Of a DNA stretch of 64,000 bases, positions 11,082 through 22,300 are shown one piece after another (positions within the stretch are counted from its first letter, which is position 1; every line of letters starts with the position of its first letter). The translations under genes were made by a program, and so were the position numbers. Source of the DNA: Macrostomum lignano (lineage: Eukaryota); contig NIVC01001689.1 of NCBI GenBank assembly GCA_002269645.1, positions 62,001 through 126,000 on the forward strand. The letters run 5' to 3'. A model generated the notes under the pieces. The model saw only the letters and a program-made list of their open reading frames with translations, was not told where the DNA came from and searched no databases.

Positions 11082-11772
11082 CTGAGATCCTGGAGGGTGG
11101 CGGGCGGGAGATGCGGACACGCATGCGCAACACCCGATCGGGCCGGCTGGCAGGGGCCCAGCCAAGGTAAGTCGCAAAAATGTCCAGCCCACCCGAAAAA
11201 GACGTAGTTGTTTTAATTACAGTAGATGACGAAGCATTTAGCCTTAATAATACAGTTATAGTTACTCCTGCCGTTTATCCAAAACTAGCAAAATTTTAGA
11301 ATTGGTCAAAAAGTAAGTTGCACGGCCGGTGTAAATCATGGGGGGGTTGCGCATTTATGGATGCGGATCTGGGATGGGGTTGAGAGATTGATATTTGAGA
11401 ATTTGAGAATGGTGTACTTGGAGATTGGCGATCCATGGCCATGGGATGAGGCTTTGGAGATGTGATCTGGGATTTTATTGGAAATCTGCGATGAGGAACT
11501 GGGGATGGGGATCGGAATCTTCAGTAAGGTGAGGTGGATCTTCAGTCTCTCTCACCTTGTGGAATATTTCGGCTGCTGGCTGACCTGAGGCATCGAGGAG
11601 CCGGACAGCCTGGGCAGTTAAGAAAGGCATTGAGGTGCGCCGGTGAAAAATTGCTTTAGATTGCTAAGATTTGTATCCACAGTCAGAAAAGCAGCAGAGA
11701 GTTGGCTCACCTGGCGGATGGCAGCCGCTTAGACTGCCTGTTCATGGGAAACATTTTCACAGAGTTCCTCAT
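10600..11772 (-). CDS. Calmodulin-like four-EF-hand protein, about 190 aa; exons 11772-11711, 11584-11556, 11081-10600
   Basis: Four EF loops: DLNKDGLIDFAD, DPNDIGGVNFEN, DRNGNGQITRAE, DTDKDGQIAVEE. Two short upstream exons with donors AG|GTGAGC and AG|GTGAGA join in frame (phases 2,1), giving the N-terminus MRNSVKMFPMNRQSKRLPSARSASSRNIPQVLSDR. Confidence 0.82.
11120..11360 (+). repeat. Dispersed repeat, copy B, in calmodulin-like intron 2
   Basis: Co-linear with 1370-1660. Confidence 0.75.
11556..11584 (-). CDS. Calmodulin-like 29-nt microexon (predicted)
   Basis: gatgcctcag|G...CAAG|GTGAGA; phase 2 in and phase 1 out match the neighbouring exons. Confidence 0.65.
11711..11772 (-). CDS. 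Calmodulin-like first coding exon (predicted)
   Basis: ATG at 11772, donor AG|GTGAGC, acceptor-like ctgcag 22 nt upstream. Confidence 0.65.
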
Positions 11773-12859
11773 GCTCGCTCGGAATCCCAGCGGCCTGCAG
11801 TTATAAGATGTGAATTATACTGGTAGCTTGGCTCTTGGCGGAACCGCAGCTTATAATTAGTGATAATAAACTCAGCTTCATAAATGCTTGCCCCGCCCAG
11901 GCATATAAATGATGTCTATGTCCTGTTGATTCGTCCTTGCAGAGCCAAATGCGCCATAAAAGTTTAAAAATACTACTTTTATTACTTGTAATACTACTCA
12001 CAAGTAGCGAACCACGAATATAAAGTAGAAATGCTATTCACTTGTCAACCAATCCGAATGTGACCGCTGGAAAACCAATTTTGACACCTGTCAATCAACA
12101 ATCAGTTCGATTCATGTCAGCTGGTATCCCTGCCGGTGTAAAAAAGGTTCTTTCAGGTTCAAAAGAATATCAATTGTTCCACAAATCTACTGTATACTAA
12201 AGGAGGGAATTCTATGTATTTTGCCCAGCACAGATGTCATTATTTTCACACCAATTATTTCACGCTAATGCAGAGATAATGCGGGTGTATAGATGATAAA
12301 GATGAGAAAGTATAGTCATAGTCACGTATTGAATTTTTTACAATATGGCCATAAATGTACATTGGGAAGCAACTGTGCCCAGCTATATCTCTTGGCTCCT
12401 CAGTTGGTTAAGTAGACTGAAATTAACCTTACAGTTATTAATTAGCCCCTGTGCCCTCACTAAATTGCATTAGAAAATGAAGAATGACTGCAGAGTTTAC
12501 GCGGAATTTCCACGGGATTCCCGGGGAATTTCCGCGGCTTTTGAAGCAGACGACTGGATCTAAAGGTGCACCTGGCTGAAATGGTACGAAGCAAAACGCA
12601 ATAATTGACCAATTTAGTTAAAAGGAAAGTTAAATTCAAATTTAAATCTTATGCTGTTGGCAAGTATAGCTCCATTTGTTTTCCTTACAGAAGCAGACTT
12701 TTCCGTTGGCATTTCTCACTGTTTTTATTAAACGTGTTTTAAAATTATGCTATATATAAGGGTATTATATAAATTCAAAGTTCTTAAAGAATTCAATGGT
12801 TGGTTGCAAACGCTTAAAATACTTATACCCAAGATTTAAGTCAAGAAGAGTGCCACTTT

Positions 12860-13045
12860 TGGGTGTCACTTTGGGCGTCAGGGTGCCACTTTGAGTGTCG
12901 AGGTGCCACTTTGAGTGTCAGGGTGTCACTTTGGGTGTCAGGGTGTCACTTTGGGTGTCAGGGTGTCACTCTGGGTGTCAGGATGTAACTTTAGGTATCA
13001 GGGTGTCATATTGGGTGTCAGGGTGCCACTTTGGGTGCCAAGTGC
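12860..13045. repeat. 20-bp minisatellite 3' of the M13 gene
   Basis: (gggtgtcactttgggtgtca)n. Confidence 0.85.
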
Positions 13046-13185
13046 ACGTGTTAAGTTTGCAATAAGATTCCCTCAGTAACAATGTCAATACAGCCCCGCC
13101 CATTTGCATGCTACATTTGAATTAAATATTGATTAACCGGCAGCTTCAGGCATCAGGAATCCAAAACTGAATCATTTCGCTATCG

Positions 13186-13491
13186 TCACCAGAAGATGCA
13201 CTTTTTCGCCGGATTCATCGGCTTGCCGCGGCGGCACTTGAAGGCCTCGGCGAATTCCGGGCTGTTCTCGGCGACGCCGCGGACGCGCAGGTGGTGCGGG
13301 CTGTGACTCGGCCAGCCCTGGTAGATTCGGTCCAGAATGTGAGACTCGGACTTGAAACACCACGACTGCGCAGCCTGGATGAACAGCTGCTGCTCCGGGC
13401 TGAGGCTGGCCGGCAGGTTGGGCAGCCGCGGCAACAGGCGGCCGCGGCCCTGGCGCCGGGACTTCAGCAGCTTCAGCGCTCCGACTGCGGC
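13186..13491 (-). CDS. M13 peptidase exon 3
   Basis: ttcattcag|GCC; TGA at 13188-13186. Confidence 0.9.
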   Translation of the reverse strand, partial: AAVGALKLLKSRRQGRGRLLPRLPNLPASLSPEQQLFIQAAQSWCFKSESHILDRIYQGWPSHSPHHLRVRGVAENSPEFAEAFKCRRGKPMNPAKKCIFW

Positions 13492-16400
13492 CTGAATGAA
13501 ATAGTGGCATCAGTGTGCACTTAGGCATCCTGAGGTGCGGCTGTGCTGACCTGTTTGCGCTGACAATTTAAAAGCCTAATCTAAATGCGAGGAATGGGAA
13601 CGCGAAAGTTAAGTTCCGCCCGAGCTCGCAGACTAGAAATTCAATTTAAATTCGCGCCAAAAATGACGACACCCATTTATAAAAACGATTGTTTAGATAT
13701 TCACGCAAATCGTGCCTGCGCACCCTCCCTCCCGTCCTACCCCTCCTCCTTCCCCCAGCAGTGTACATACGCATGTACAATGTGTAAATAAAAAATATCG
13801 ATCAATATTTAAGCCCCACCGCCTCTCTTTGCCGCCTACCCAGCCTTATCTGCCCCGCTGCCGCCAACCCCCCCCCCGCTAGCGAGGCCTGCCTCTCATT
13901 TAATTACTCCCAGAATTGGGGGTGTTCAAAATGTTTAACAACTCCCTCGTTTTACAATGCCCCAAATTTACATAGGATTTAGTTTAACGCGGAAGTTTAG
14001 CGTTCTAATTTAAGTTTTGGTTTTATTTTAGTTTAACGAGTTTAACGTAGTTCTAGTTTAACGAGGAACTCAGCTTCTTCCATTTTTTACTTTGCTTCCA
14101 GAGTTCATCACTAAACAACCGCGCCCGGCCGCAGGCCTACTGGTTTTCTCAAATTTAAATTTAGAATTAAATAACTATTCGCAATATTACATATTAGTTG
14201 TGTATCCACCTGAATCCCGATGATGTCGGCAATGTCGTTGCCCAGGGTGCTGTTTGACAGGTGCACCGGGCCGCCAGGATACAGCCTGTAGTCACCATAG
14301 CGACTCCTTACGCACTCCATCCTGTCCAGGTAGTTCGCTTCAGTCTCATTGTCCCAGAAGTGTCCGATTGCGCCCGGCTGGTCGATCTGGTGGCCGGTGT
14401 TGTCGAAGGAGTGGCCGATTTCGTGCCCAATGACGTAACCAATGCTGCCCAGGTTGATGTGGGGCGGGTAGCTGGGATGATAATATGGCGGCGCCAGGAT
14501 TGCCATCGGAAAAATTATCTGGTTGCGCTCGATCCAGTTGAAAGCGTTCACCACGAGCGGGCTGATCTCCATGAACAGCGTGACGGGGCTCAAGCTGGAC
14601 ATCACGTCGAAGTTCTTGTGGGCGTAGGCGCACAGGGCCAGGGAGAACAGGGTGCCAAATTTCCTGTCCAGATTAGAAGGACGCAAGTCCACGGCGCGGA
14701 ACTCCTCCAAGGTGGGCGCGTAGAAAGCCTTGAACTCGGCTGCCGAGATCTTGTCCAGCCCGATGGTCTCCTTTGCCGCCCGAATCTTCTTCTCGATGGC
14801 CACCTTGGCGCTGGGGGTGATCCACGACTGTCCCCTGACCCCGGCGATGGCGGCTTCCTTGATGAGCTTCACCAGTTCGTTGACATCGCTAAAGTCCTGC
14901 TGATGGTAGGCGGTCTGGTACATCCGCTCCAGAATCGGCTGCAGCAGCGTCTTCGTCCAGAGCATGCAGCTGGCCACGCCGTCGCCTTCGATGTCTCTGG
15001 CCACCTGCGTTCTGCCGCTCTTTAAATTCTGCAGGTCGGGTGGGAAGAAACTTCGGAAGCTCAGCAGCCAGTCGAACACCAGAAAGGCGGCGTCGTCAGA
15101 CAACAGACTGGCGCTGCTGTCGTTGCTTTTGGCGAAGACAGGGCGAGACTTGATGTCGTTGACAAAGTTGATGACTTCCTTGATGTTGGGCAGCTGCACC
15201 AGGGCGGATCTGTCCACTGGCGACTGCAGCAGCTCGTCGAAGAAGCGGCTCCAAGAGAACGGGACACCTCCCTTTGCCGCGGCCACGCAGGCGGAGAGCT
15301 CGTCGAGCTCAGACACGTTGTACTTGGCGCCGGAGTCGAGCCCGAAGCTGTACCTCTCGGGAACGGTGCAGCCACCAGGCCCGTACAGGCTGTTGTCGTT
15401 GAGCGACTTCTCGATTCGCTTGATGATCCTCTGGAAACGCGGCCGAGAGGCGTTGCCAACAAGGCTGCCGAAGTCCAGCAGCGGAGCTCCCAGCTTCCGC
15501 TCAGTCAGGAAGTCCAGCCATTCGCGGAAGAAGGCGTTCCTCTCCAGCTCGGCGCTGCCCCGCAGAAACAGACTCAATCTATCGATGCTGACCACCGCTC
15601 TGGCCGTCTGCGTCAGGTTGAAGTCGTCATTCTCAATGACGTTTGTGGCGAATTGCCTCGGCAAGGTCACCCCGAGCATGCCGCTGCCGCCGGTCTTCAC
15701 CAGGGTGGCCAATACAGTTTCCATGGCAACCTCCTCGTTGCACAGAGTCCACAGTGTTTCATTCAGGTGGTCCAGCACTCCGGCGAAGAAGCTGGCGCTG
15801 TTTGCCGCATTCAAGCTTGCGCTTGGCTGGCCGAATCCACCACCGCTGCGCGTGTGCACCCACTGCCTGCAGCTCCGGTAGAACAGGCGGGTGAAGTTGA
15901 ACAGGTCCGAGATGTCCTGGTCTGGACTGCTGGCCACCTGGAGTCGTGTTGGTCATGCATTTTTATAAGCTAGACTTGACTGAGTCAATATTGCATTGAC
16001 ATATTTATCCTATCAATCTATCCCATTGTTCATATGTTTGCCCAATATTTTCCCCAATTGCACAATATTTTATTCAGGGGCGTCACCACCCCGGGGGAAC
16101 AGGTGGACATACCAATGCTTTCCCCCTCCACCTTGTGACCCGTTATGGTAATCAATAATCTTGCTTGGGGCGCCAAAATGAGTGCCTGTCTGTGGCGCCA
16201 AAATGAGTGCCTGTCTGTGGCGCCGAAATGAGTGCCTGTCTGTGGCGCCAAAATGAGTGCCTGTCTGTGGCGCCGAAATGAGTGCCTGTCTGTGGCGCCA
16301 AAATGAGTGCCTGTCTGTGGCGCCGAAATGAGTGCCTGTCTGTGGCGCCAAAATGAGTGCCTGTCTGTGGCGCCGAAATGAGTGCCTGTCTGTGGCGCCA

Positions 16401-17428
16401 AAATGAGTGCCTGTCTGTGGCGCCGAAATGAGTGCCTGTCTGTGGCGCCAAAATGAGTGCCTGTCTGTGGCGCCGAAATGAGTGCCTGTCTGTGGCGCCA
16501 AAATGAGTGCCTGTCTGTGGCGCCGAAATGAGTGCCTGTCTGTGGCGCCAAAATGAGTGCCTGTCTGTGGCGCCGAAATGAGTGCCTGTCTGTGGCGCCA
16601 AAATGAGTGCCTGTCTGTGGCGCCAAAATGAGTGCCTGTCTGTGGCGCCAAAATGAGTGCTAACAATTATACAAATTCTTTAATAATGTAGCAATTTCGT
16701 CATGCCAGAATTCTTGGATTATCCTCCCGACCATACAATCCATTTATGACGCCCCTGATTTCCTTTCTCGTACGTTGTGATTGGCTTTGGTCGGAGTGAC
16801 TTTCGCCAATGGCGGATCCATGGGGGTCAAAGGGGGTCAGCTGACCCCTTCGGGAAAAATCCTTAGATCCGGCCCTGACGTTCTCTCACAATTATTTTCT
16901 CCCTGAGTTGCGTGGAGAAGTGATTCGAGGCGGAAAACTCATTGGAAGCCACAACATTTTTCAACACCGCCAACGGATAGCCATGTTGAAGTGCACAGCC
17001 ATTCCACCCGAGGAGCCCCAATCTCAGAAACCGCGCACCCGATCCAGCACTAGCAGCTCGTAGATGTTCCTCTCCAGCCCGTCGGACATCAGGCTCATCC
17101 GGTCCTCGAACAGCAGGTCGCCGTCTTTAAACGACATTCCAGCCGAGGCGCGCACCGGGTCGTACCTGACCATGCTGGGAAAATTGCCGCAAGCGTAATT
17201 GTAGAAATCCTCGCAGGGATCGGCCGAGGTGTTCATGTAGCTGGCCATCTGGGCGGCCAGCGACACGCACTCGACACTCTGGCAGGTGACGGGAATGGCG
17301 GACTGGCCCGGGCCGGGTTCGCTGGCATTGCGGCGGATTTCAAACCGGATTGAATTGGCTAGCGGGGAGAGGAGGGCGACCGTCACGACAGTCAGGAGAC
17401 TTCTGGCTTGCAAAGCCGCAACAGACAT
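13186..17428 (-). CDS. M13 family (neprilysin/ECE-like) metallopeptidase homolog, about 807 aa, likely secreted; exons 17428-17039, 15937-14210, 13491-13186
   Basis: Hydrophobic N-terminus, DPCEDFYNYACG, VNAFN, GYVIGHEIGHSFD (HExxH), TLGNDIAD, C-terminal SPEQQLF..AQSWC..HSP..RV..AFKC..MNPAKKC.FW; both introns phase 0 GT-AG. Confidence 0.9.
14210..15937 (-). CDS. M13 peptidase exon 2
   Basis: ctccag|GTG; 576 codons; donor CAG|GTGGAT. Confidence 0.9.
16170..16660. repeat. 25-bp minisatellite with 50-bp dimer structure, M13 intron 1
   Basis: (cgccRaaatgagtgcctgtctgtgg)20, with A and G alternating. Confidence 0.95.
17039..17428 (-). CDS. M13 peptidase exon 1 (signal peptide, Cys cluster)
   Basis: ATG at 17428; donor CGG|GTGCGC. 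Confidence 0.85.
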
Positions 17429-17529
17429 GATTGTCGATCAGTCAGATGTCGATTTTTGCCTAATAAAGATGAAAATGGCAGGTCTTTGAAGTTGGTTTGC
17501 CAAATTTTGTCCGCGCAAGTTTGGTCCAA

Positions 17530-18690
17530 ACATCCTAGAGACAACACATCCTATACAGACAACACATCCGATACAGACAACACATCCTACAGACAGCACA
17601 TCCTACAGACAGCACATCCTACAGACAGCACATCCTACAGACAACACATCCTACAGACAACACATCCTACAGACATCCTATACAGACAACAAACAGATCC
17701 TACAGATAACACATCCTACAGACATCCCATACAGACAACAGATCCTACAGACAACACATCCTACAGACAACGCATCCTACAGACAGCACATCCTACAGAC
17801 AGCAAATCCTACAGACAACACATCCTACAGACAACACATCATACATACAACACATTCTAGAGACAACACATCCTACAGACAACACATCCTACAGACAACA
17901 CATCCTACAGACAACACATCATACATACAACACATTCTAGAGACAACACATCCTACAGCCAACACATCCTACAGACAACACATCCTACAGACAACACATC
18001 CTACAGACAACACATCATACAGACAACACATCCTACAGACAACACATCCTACAGACAGCACATCCTACAGACAACACATCCTACAGACAACACATCCTAC
18101 AGACAACACATCATACAGACAACACATCCTACAGACAACACATCCTACAGACAGCACATCCTACAGACAACACATCATACAGACAACACATCATACATAA
18201 AACAAATCCTACAGACAACACATCCTACAGGCAACACATCCTACAGACAGCACATCCTACAGACAACACATCATACATAAAACACATCATACATAAAACA
18301 CATCCTACAGACAACAGATCCTACAGACAACAGATCCTACAGACAACACATCCTACAGACAACACATCCTACAGACATCCTATACAGACAACACATCCTA
18401 CAGACAACACATCCTACAGACAACACATTCTGTACAGACAGCACATCATACAGACAACACATACTACAGACAACACATTCTGTACAGACAGCACATCATA
18501 CAGACAACACATCCTACAGACAACACATTCTGTACAGACAGCACATCATACAGACAACACATCCTACAGACAACACATCCTACAGACAACACATTCTGTA
18601 CAGACAGCACATCATACAGACAACACATCCTACAGACAACAAACACATCCTACAAACATCTACAGTCAATAAATCCTACAGACAACAGAC
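17530..18690. repeat. 16-bp minisatellite upstream of the M13 ATG
   Basis: (acagacaacacatcct)n. Confidence 0.95.
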
Positions 18691-19340
18691 AGCGTACATC
18701 ATATGCGAGTAGACATTATACAGACAGCGAGCAGACATCCTCAAAGCAAACTTCGGCAAGCAAGCGACGCACTCCCAAGATGGTCCATAGGGCCATGATG
18801 CAGTAACAATTCGATCCTACCTGTTTTCTGAGCTAAGCAAGGCCTATGCTATGCAGGTGGATCTCGGCTATCTCTGTCAGAAACGATGGAGTCACACAGA
18901 TGCAAATCACACGCATCTGCGTTTATACGAGTCAAGCCGAGAGGCTTTGTTTACCAAAGCATTTCGGCAACTTCAAAGAGCAAAACCAAAACTTTGGACG
19001 GTATCTGGTGGCAACACTCATAAACCACCGACTGCGCACTTTGATCTGAGGCCGCTGTAACTGTTGGCCTCAATATAGCCTTTGAATTCTGCTGGACAAT
19101 CATAAAATCAATTATGAAATTATCATATCTGATGGGCCACAACTGAAACAATCGCACTGTCGCATGGCGAAAGTGTTTCTTTCTAGAGAATGTTATGTGT
19201 TTACGGTTTTATTTACATGTACCACTGCAACAGGTCAAGGGTTTGCGCTTGATATAAACAGGTGAATAGCGTATGCTGACCGCTAGCGGCAGCAGCCCAG
19301 CTACTGTAAATCTGTGAGCAGCAGTTTTCATTGGGGCATC

Positions 19341-22300
19341 TTTGAAAGGAAACTGCCATTTTATTTGACAGAGGGCCATTTGATTTGAGGCAGTGCCATT
19401 GGATTTGAGGCAGTGCCATTGGATTTGAGGGAGTGCCATTGAATTTGAGGCAGTGCCATTGGATTTGAGGCAGTGCCATTTGATTTGAGGGAGTGCCATT
19501 TTATTCGAGGCGGTGCCATTTGATTTGAGGCAGTGCCATTTGGTTTAAGGCAGTGTCATTGGATTTGAGGCAGTGCCATTGGATTTGAGGCAGTGCCATT
19601 GGATTTGAGGCAGTGCCATTGGATTTAAGGCAGTGCCATTGGATTTGAGGCAGTGCCATTGGATTTGAGGCAGTGCCATTGGATTTGAGGCGGTGCCATT
19701 TGATTTGAGGCAGTGCCATTTGATTTGAAAGGAAACTGCCATTTTATTTGACAGAGGGCCATTTGATTTGAGGCAGTGCCATTTGATTTGAGGCAGTGCC
19801 ATTTGATTTGAGGCAGTGCCATTTGATTTGAGGCAGGATTTGAGGTAGTGCCATTGGATTTGAGGGAGTGCAATTATATTTGATGGAGTGCCATTTGATT
19901 TGAGGCAGTGCCATTTGATTTGAGGCAGTGCCATTGGATTTGAGGGAGTGCCATTGAATTTGAGGCAGTGCCATTTGATTTGAGGCAGTGCCATTGGATT
20001 TGAGGGAGTGCCATTGAATTTGAGGCAGTGCCATTGGATTTGAGGCAGTGCCATTGGATTTGAGGGAGTGCCATTATATTTGAAGGAGTGCAATTTTATT
20101 TCACAGAGGGCCATTTGATTTGAGGCAGTGCCATTTGATTTGAGGCAGTGCCATTTGATTTGAGGCAGTGCCATTTGATTTGAGGCAGTGCCATTTGATT
20201 TGAGGGAGTGCCATTATATTTGACGGAATGCCATTTTATTCGACAGAGGGCCATTTGATTTGAGGCAGTGCCATTTGATTTAAGGCAGTGCCATTGAATT
20301 TGAGGGAGTGCCATTGAATTTGAGGCAGTGCCATTGGATTTGAGGCAGTGCCATTTGATTTGAGGGAGTGCCATTTTATTCGACAGAGGGCCATTTGATT
20401 TGAGGCAGTTCCATTAGATTTGAGGGAGTGCCATTAGATTTGAGGCAGTGCCATTGGATTTGAGGCAGTGCCATTTGATTTGAGGGAGTGCCATTTTATT
20501 CGAGGCGGTGCCATTTGATTTGAGGCAGTGCCATTTGGTTTAAGGCAGTGTCATTGGATTTGAGGCAGTGCCATTGGATTTGAGGGAGTGCCATTGGATT
20601 TGAGGCAGTGCCATTGGATTTGAGGCGGTGCCATTTGATTTGAGGCAGTGCCATTTGATTTGAAAGGAAACTGCCATTTTATTTGACAGAGGGCCATTTG
20701 ATTTGAGGCAGTGCCATTGGATTTGAGGCGGTGCCATTTGATTTGAGGCAGTGCCATTTGATTTGAAAGGAAACTGCCATTTTATTTGACAGAGGGCCAT
20801 TTGATTTGAGGCAGTGCCATTGGATTTGAGGGAGTGCCATTGAATTTGAGGCAGTGCCATTGGATTTGAGGGAGTGCCATTGAATTTGAGGGAGTGCCAT
20901 TGAATTTGAGGCAGTGCCATTGGATTTGAGGGAGTGCCATTGGATTTGAGGGAGTGCCATTATATTTGACGGAGTGCCATTTTATTTCACAGAGGGCCAT
21001 TTGATTTGAGGCAGTGCCATTTGATTTGAGGCAGTGCCATTTGATTTGAGGGAGTGCCATTATATTTGACGGAATGCCATTTTATTCGACAGAGGGCCAT
21101 TTGATTTGAGGCAGTGCCATTTGATTTAAGGCAGTGCCATTGGATTTGAGGGAGTGCCATTGAATTTGAGGCAGTGCCATTGGATTTGAGGCAGTGCCAT
21201 TGGATTTGAGGGAGTGCCATTGGATTTGAGGCAGTGCCATTGGATTTGAGGGAGTGCCATTGGATTTGAGGGAGTGCCATTGGATTTGAGGCAGTGCCAT
21301 TTGATTTGAGGGAGTGCCATTATATTTGACGGAGTGCCATTTTATTTCACAGAGGGCCATTTGATTTGAGGCAGTGCCATTTGATTTGAGGCAGTGCCAT
21401 TGGATTTGAGGGAGTGCCATTAGATTTGAGGGAGTGCCATTGGATTTGAGGGAGTGCCATTAGATTTGAGGGAGTGCCATTGAATTTGAGGCAGTGCCAT
21501 TGGATTTGAAGGAGTGCCATTGAATTTGAGGGAGTGCCATTGAATTTGAGGCAGTGCCATTGGATTTGAGGGAGTGCCATTGGATTTGAGGGAGTGCCAT
21601 TGGATTTGAGGCAGTGCCATTTGATTTGACGGAGTGCCATTTTATTTGACAGAGGGCCATTTGATTTGAGGCAGTGCCATTTGATTTGAGGCAGTGCCAT
21701 TGGATTTGAGGGAGTGCCATTAGATTTGAGGCAGTGCCATTGGATTTGAGGGAGTGCCATTGGATTAGAGGGAGTGCCATTGGATTTGAGGGAGTGCCAT
21801 TGGATTTGAGGGAGTGCCATTGGATTTGAGGGAGTGCCATTGGATTAGAGGGAGTGCCATTGGATTTGAGGGAGTGCCATTAGATTTGAGGCAGTGCCAT
21901 TGGATTTGAGGGAGTGCCATTGGATTTGAGGGAGTGCCATTGGATTTGAGGGAGTGCCATTGGATTTGAGGGAGTGCCATTGGATTTGAGGGAGTGCCAT
22001 TGGATTTGAGGGAGTGCCATTGGATTTGAGGGAGTGCCATTGGATTTGAGGGAGTGCCATTAGATTTGAGGCAGTGCCATTGGATTTGAGGCAGTGCCAT
22101 TGGATTTGAGGGAGTGCCATTGGATTTGAGGGAGTGCCATTGGATTTGAGGGAGTGCCATTGGATTTGAGGGAGTGCCATTGGATTTGAGGGAGTGCCAT
22201 TGGATTTGAGGGAGTGCCATTGGATTTGAGGCAGTGCCATTGGATTTGAGGGAGTGCCATTGGATTTGAGGCAGTGCCATTGGATTTGAGGGAGTGCCAT

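Noticed and set aside
10600-11133. Calmodulin-like gene as an intronless retrocopy starting at 11124
   Set aside because: The 5' part lies in a dispersed repeat, and two upstream exons splice in frame with strong donors.
12500-12536. NF-kB-like cluster (GGGATTCCC, GGGAATTTCC) in a small hairpin
   Set aside because: A single short occurrence in a window rich in GGAATTCC-type motifs, with no supporting context.
14261-15973. Long antisense ORFs over the M13, FCP1, calmodulin-like and CAD exons
   Set aside because: Expected shadows of GC-rich coding sequence.
18851-19060. 69-aa plus-strand ORF between the arrays
   Set aside because: No recognisable motif or gene context.
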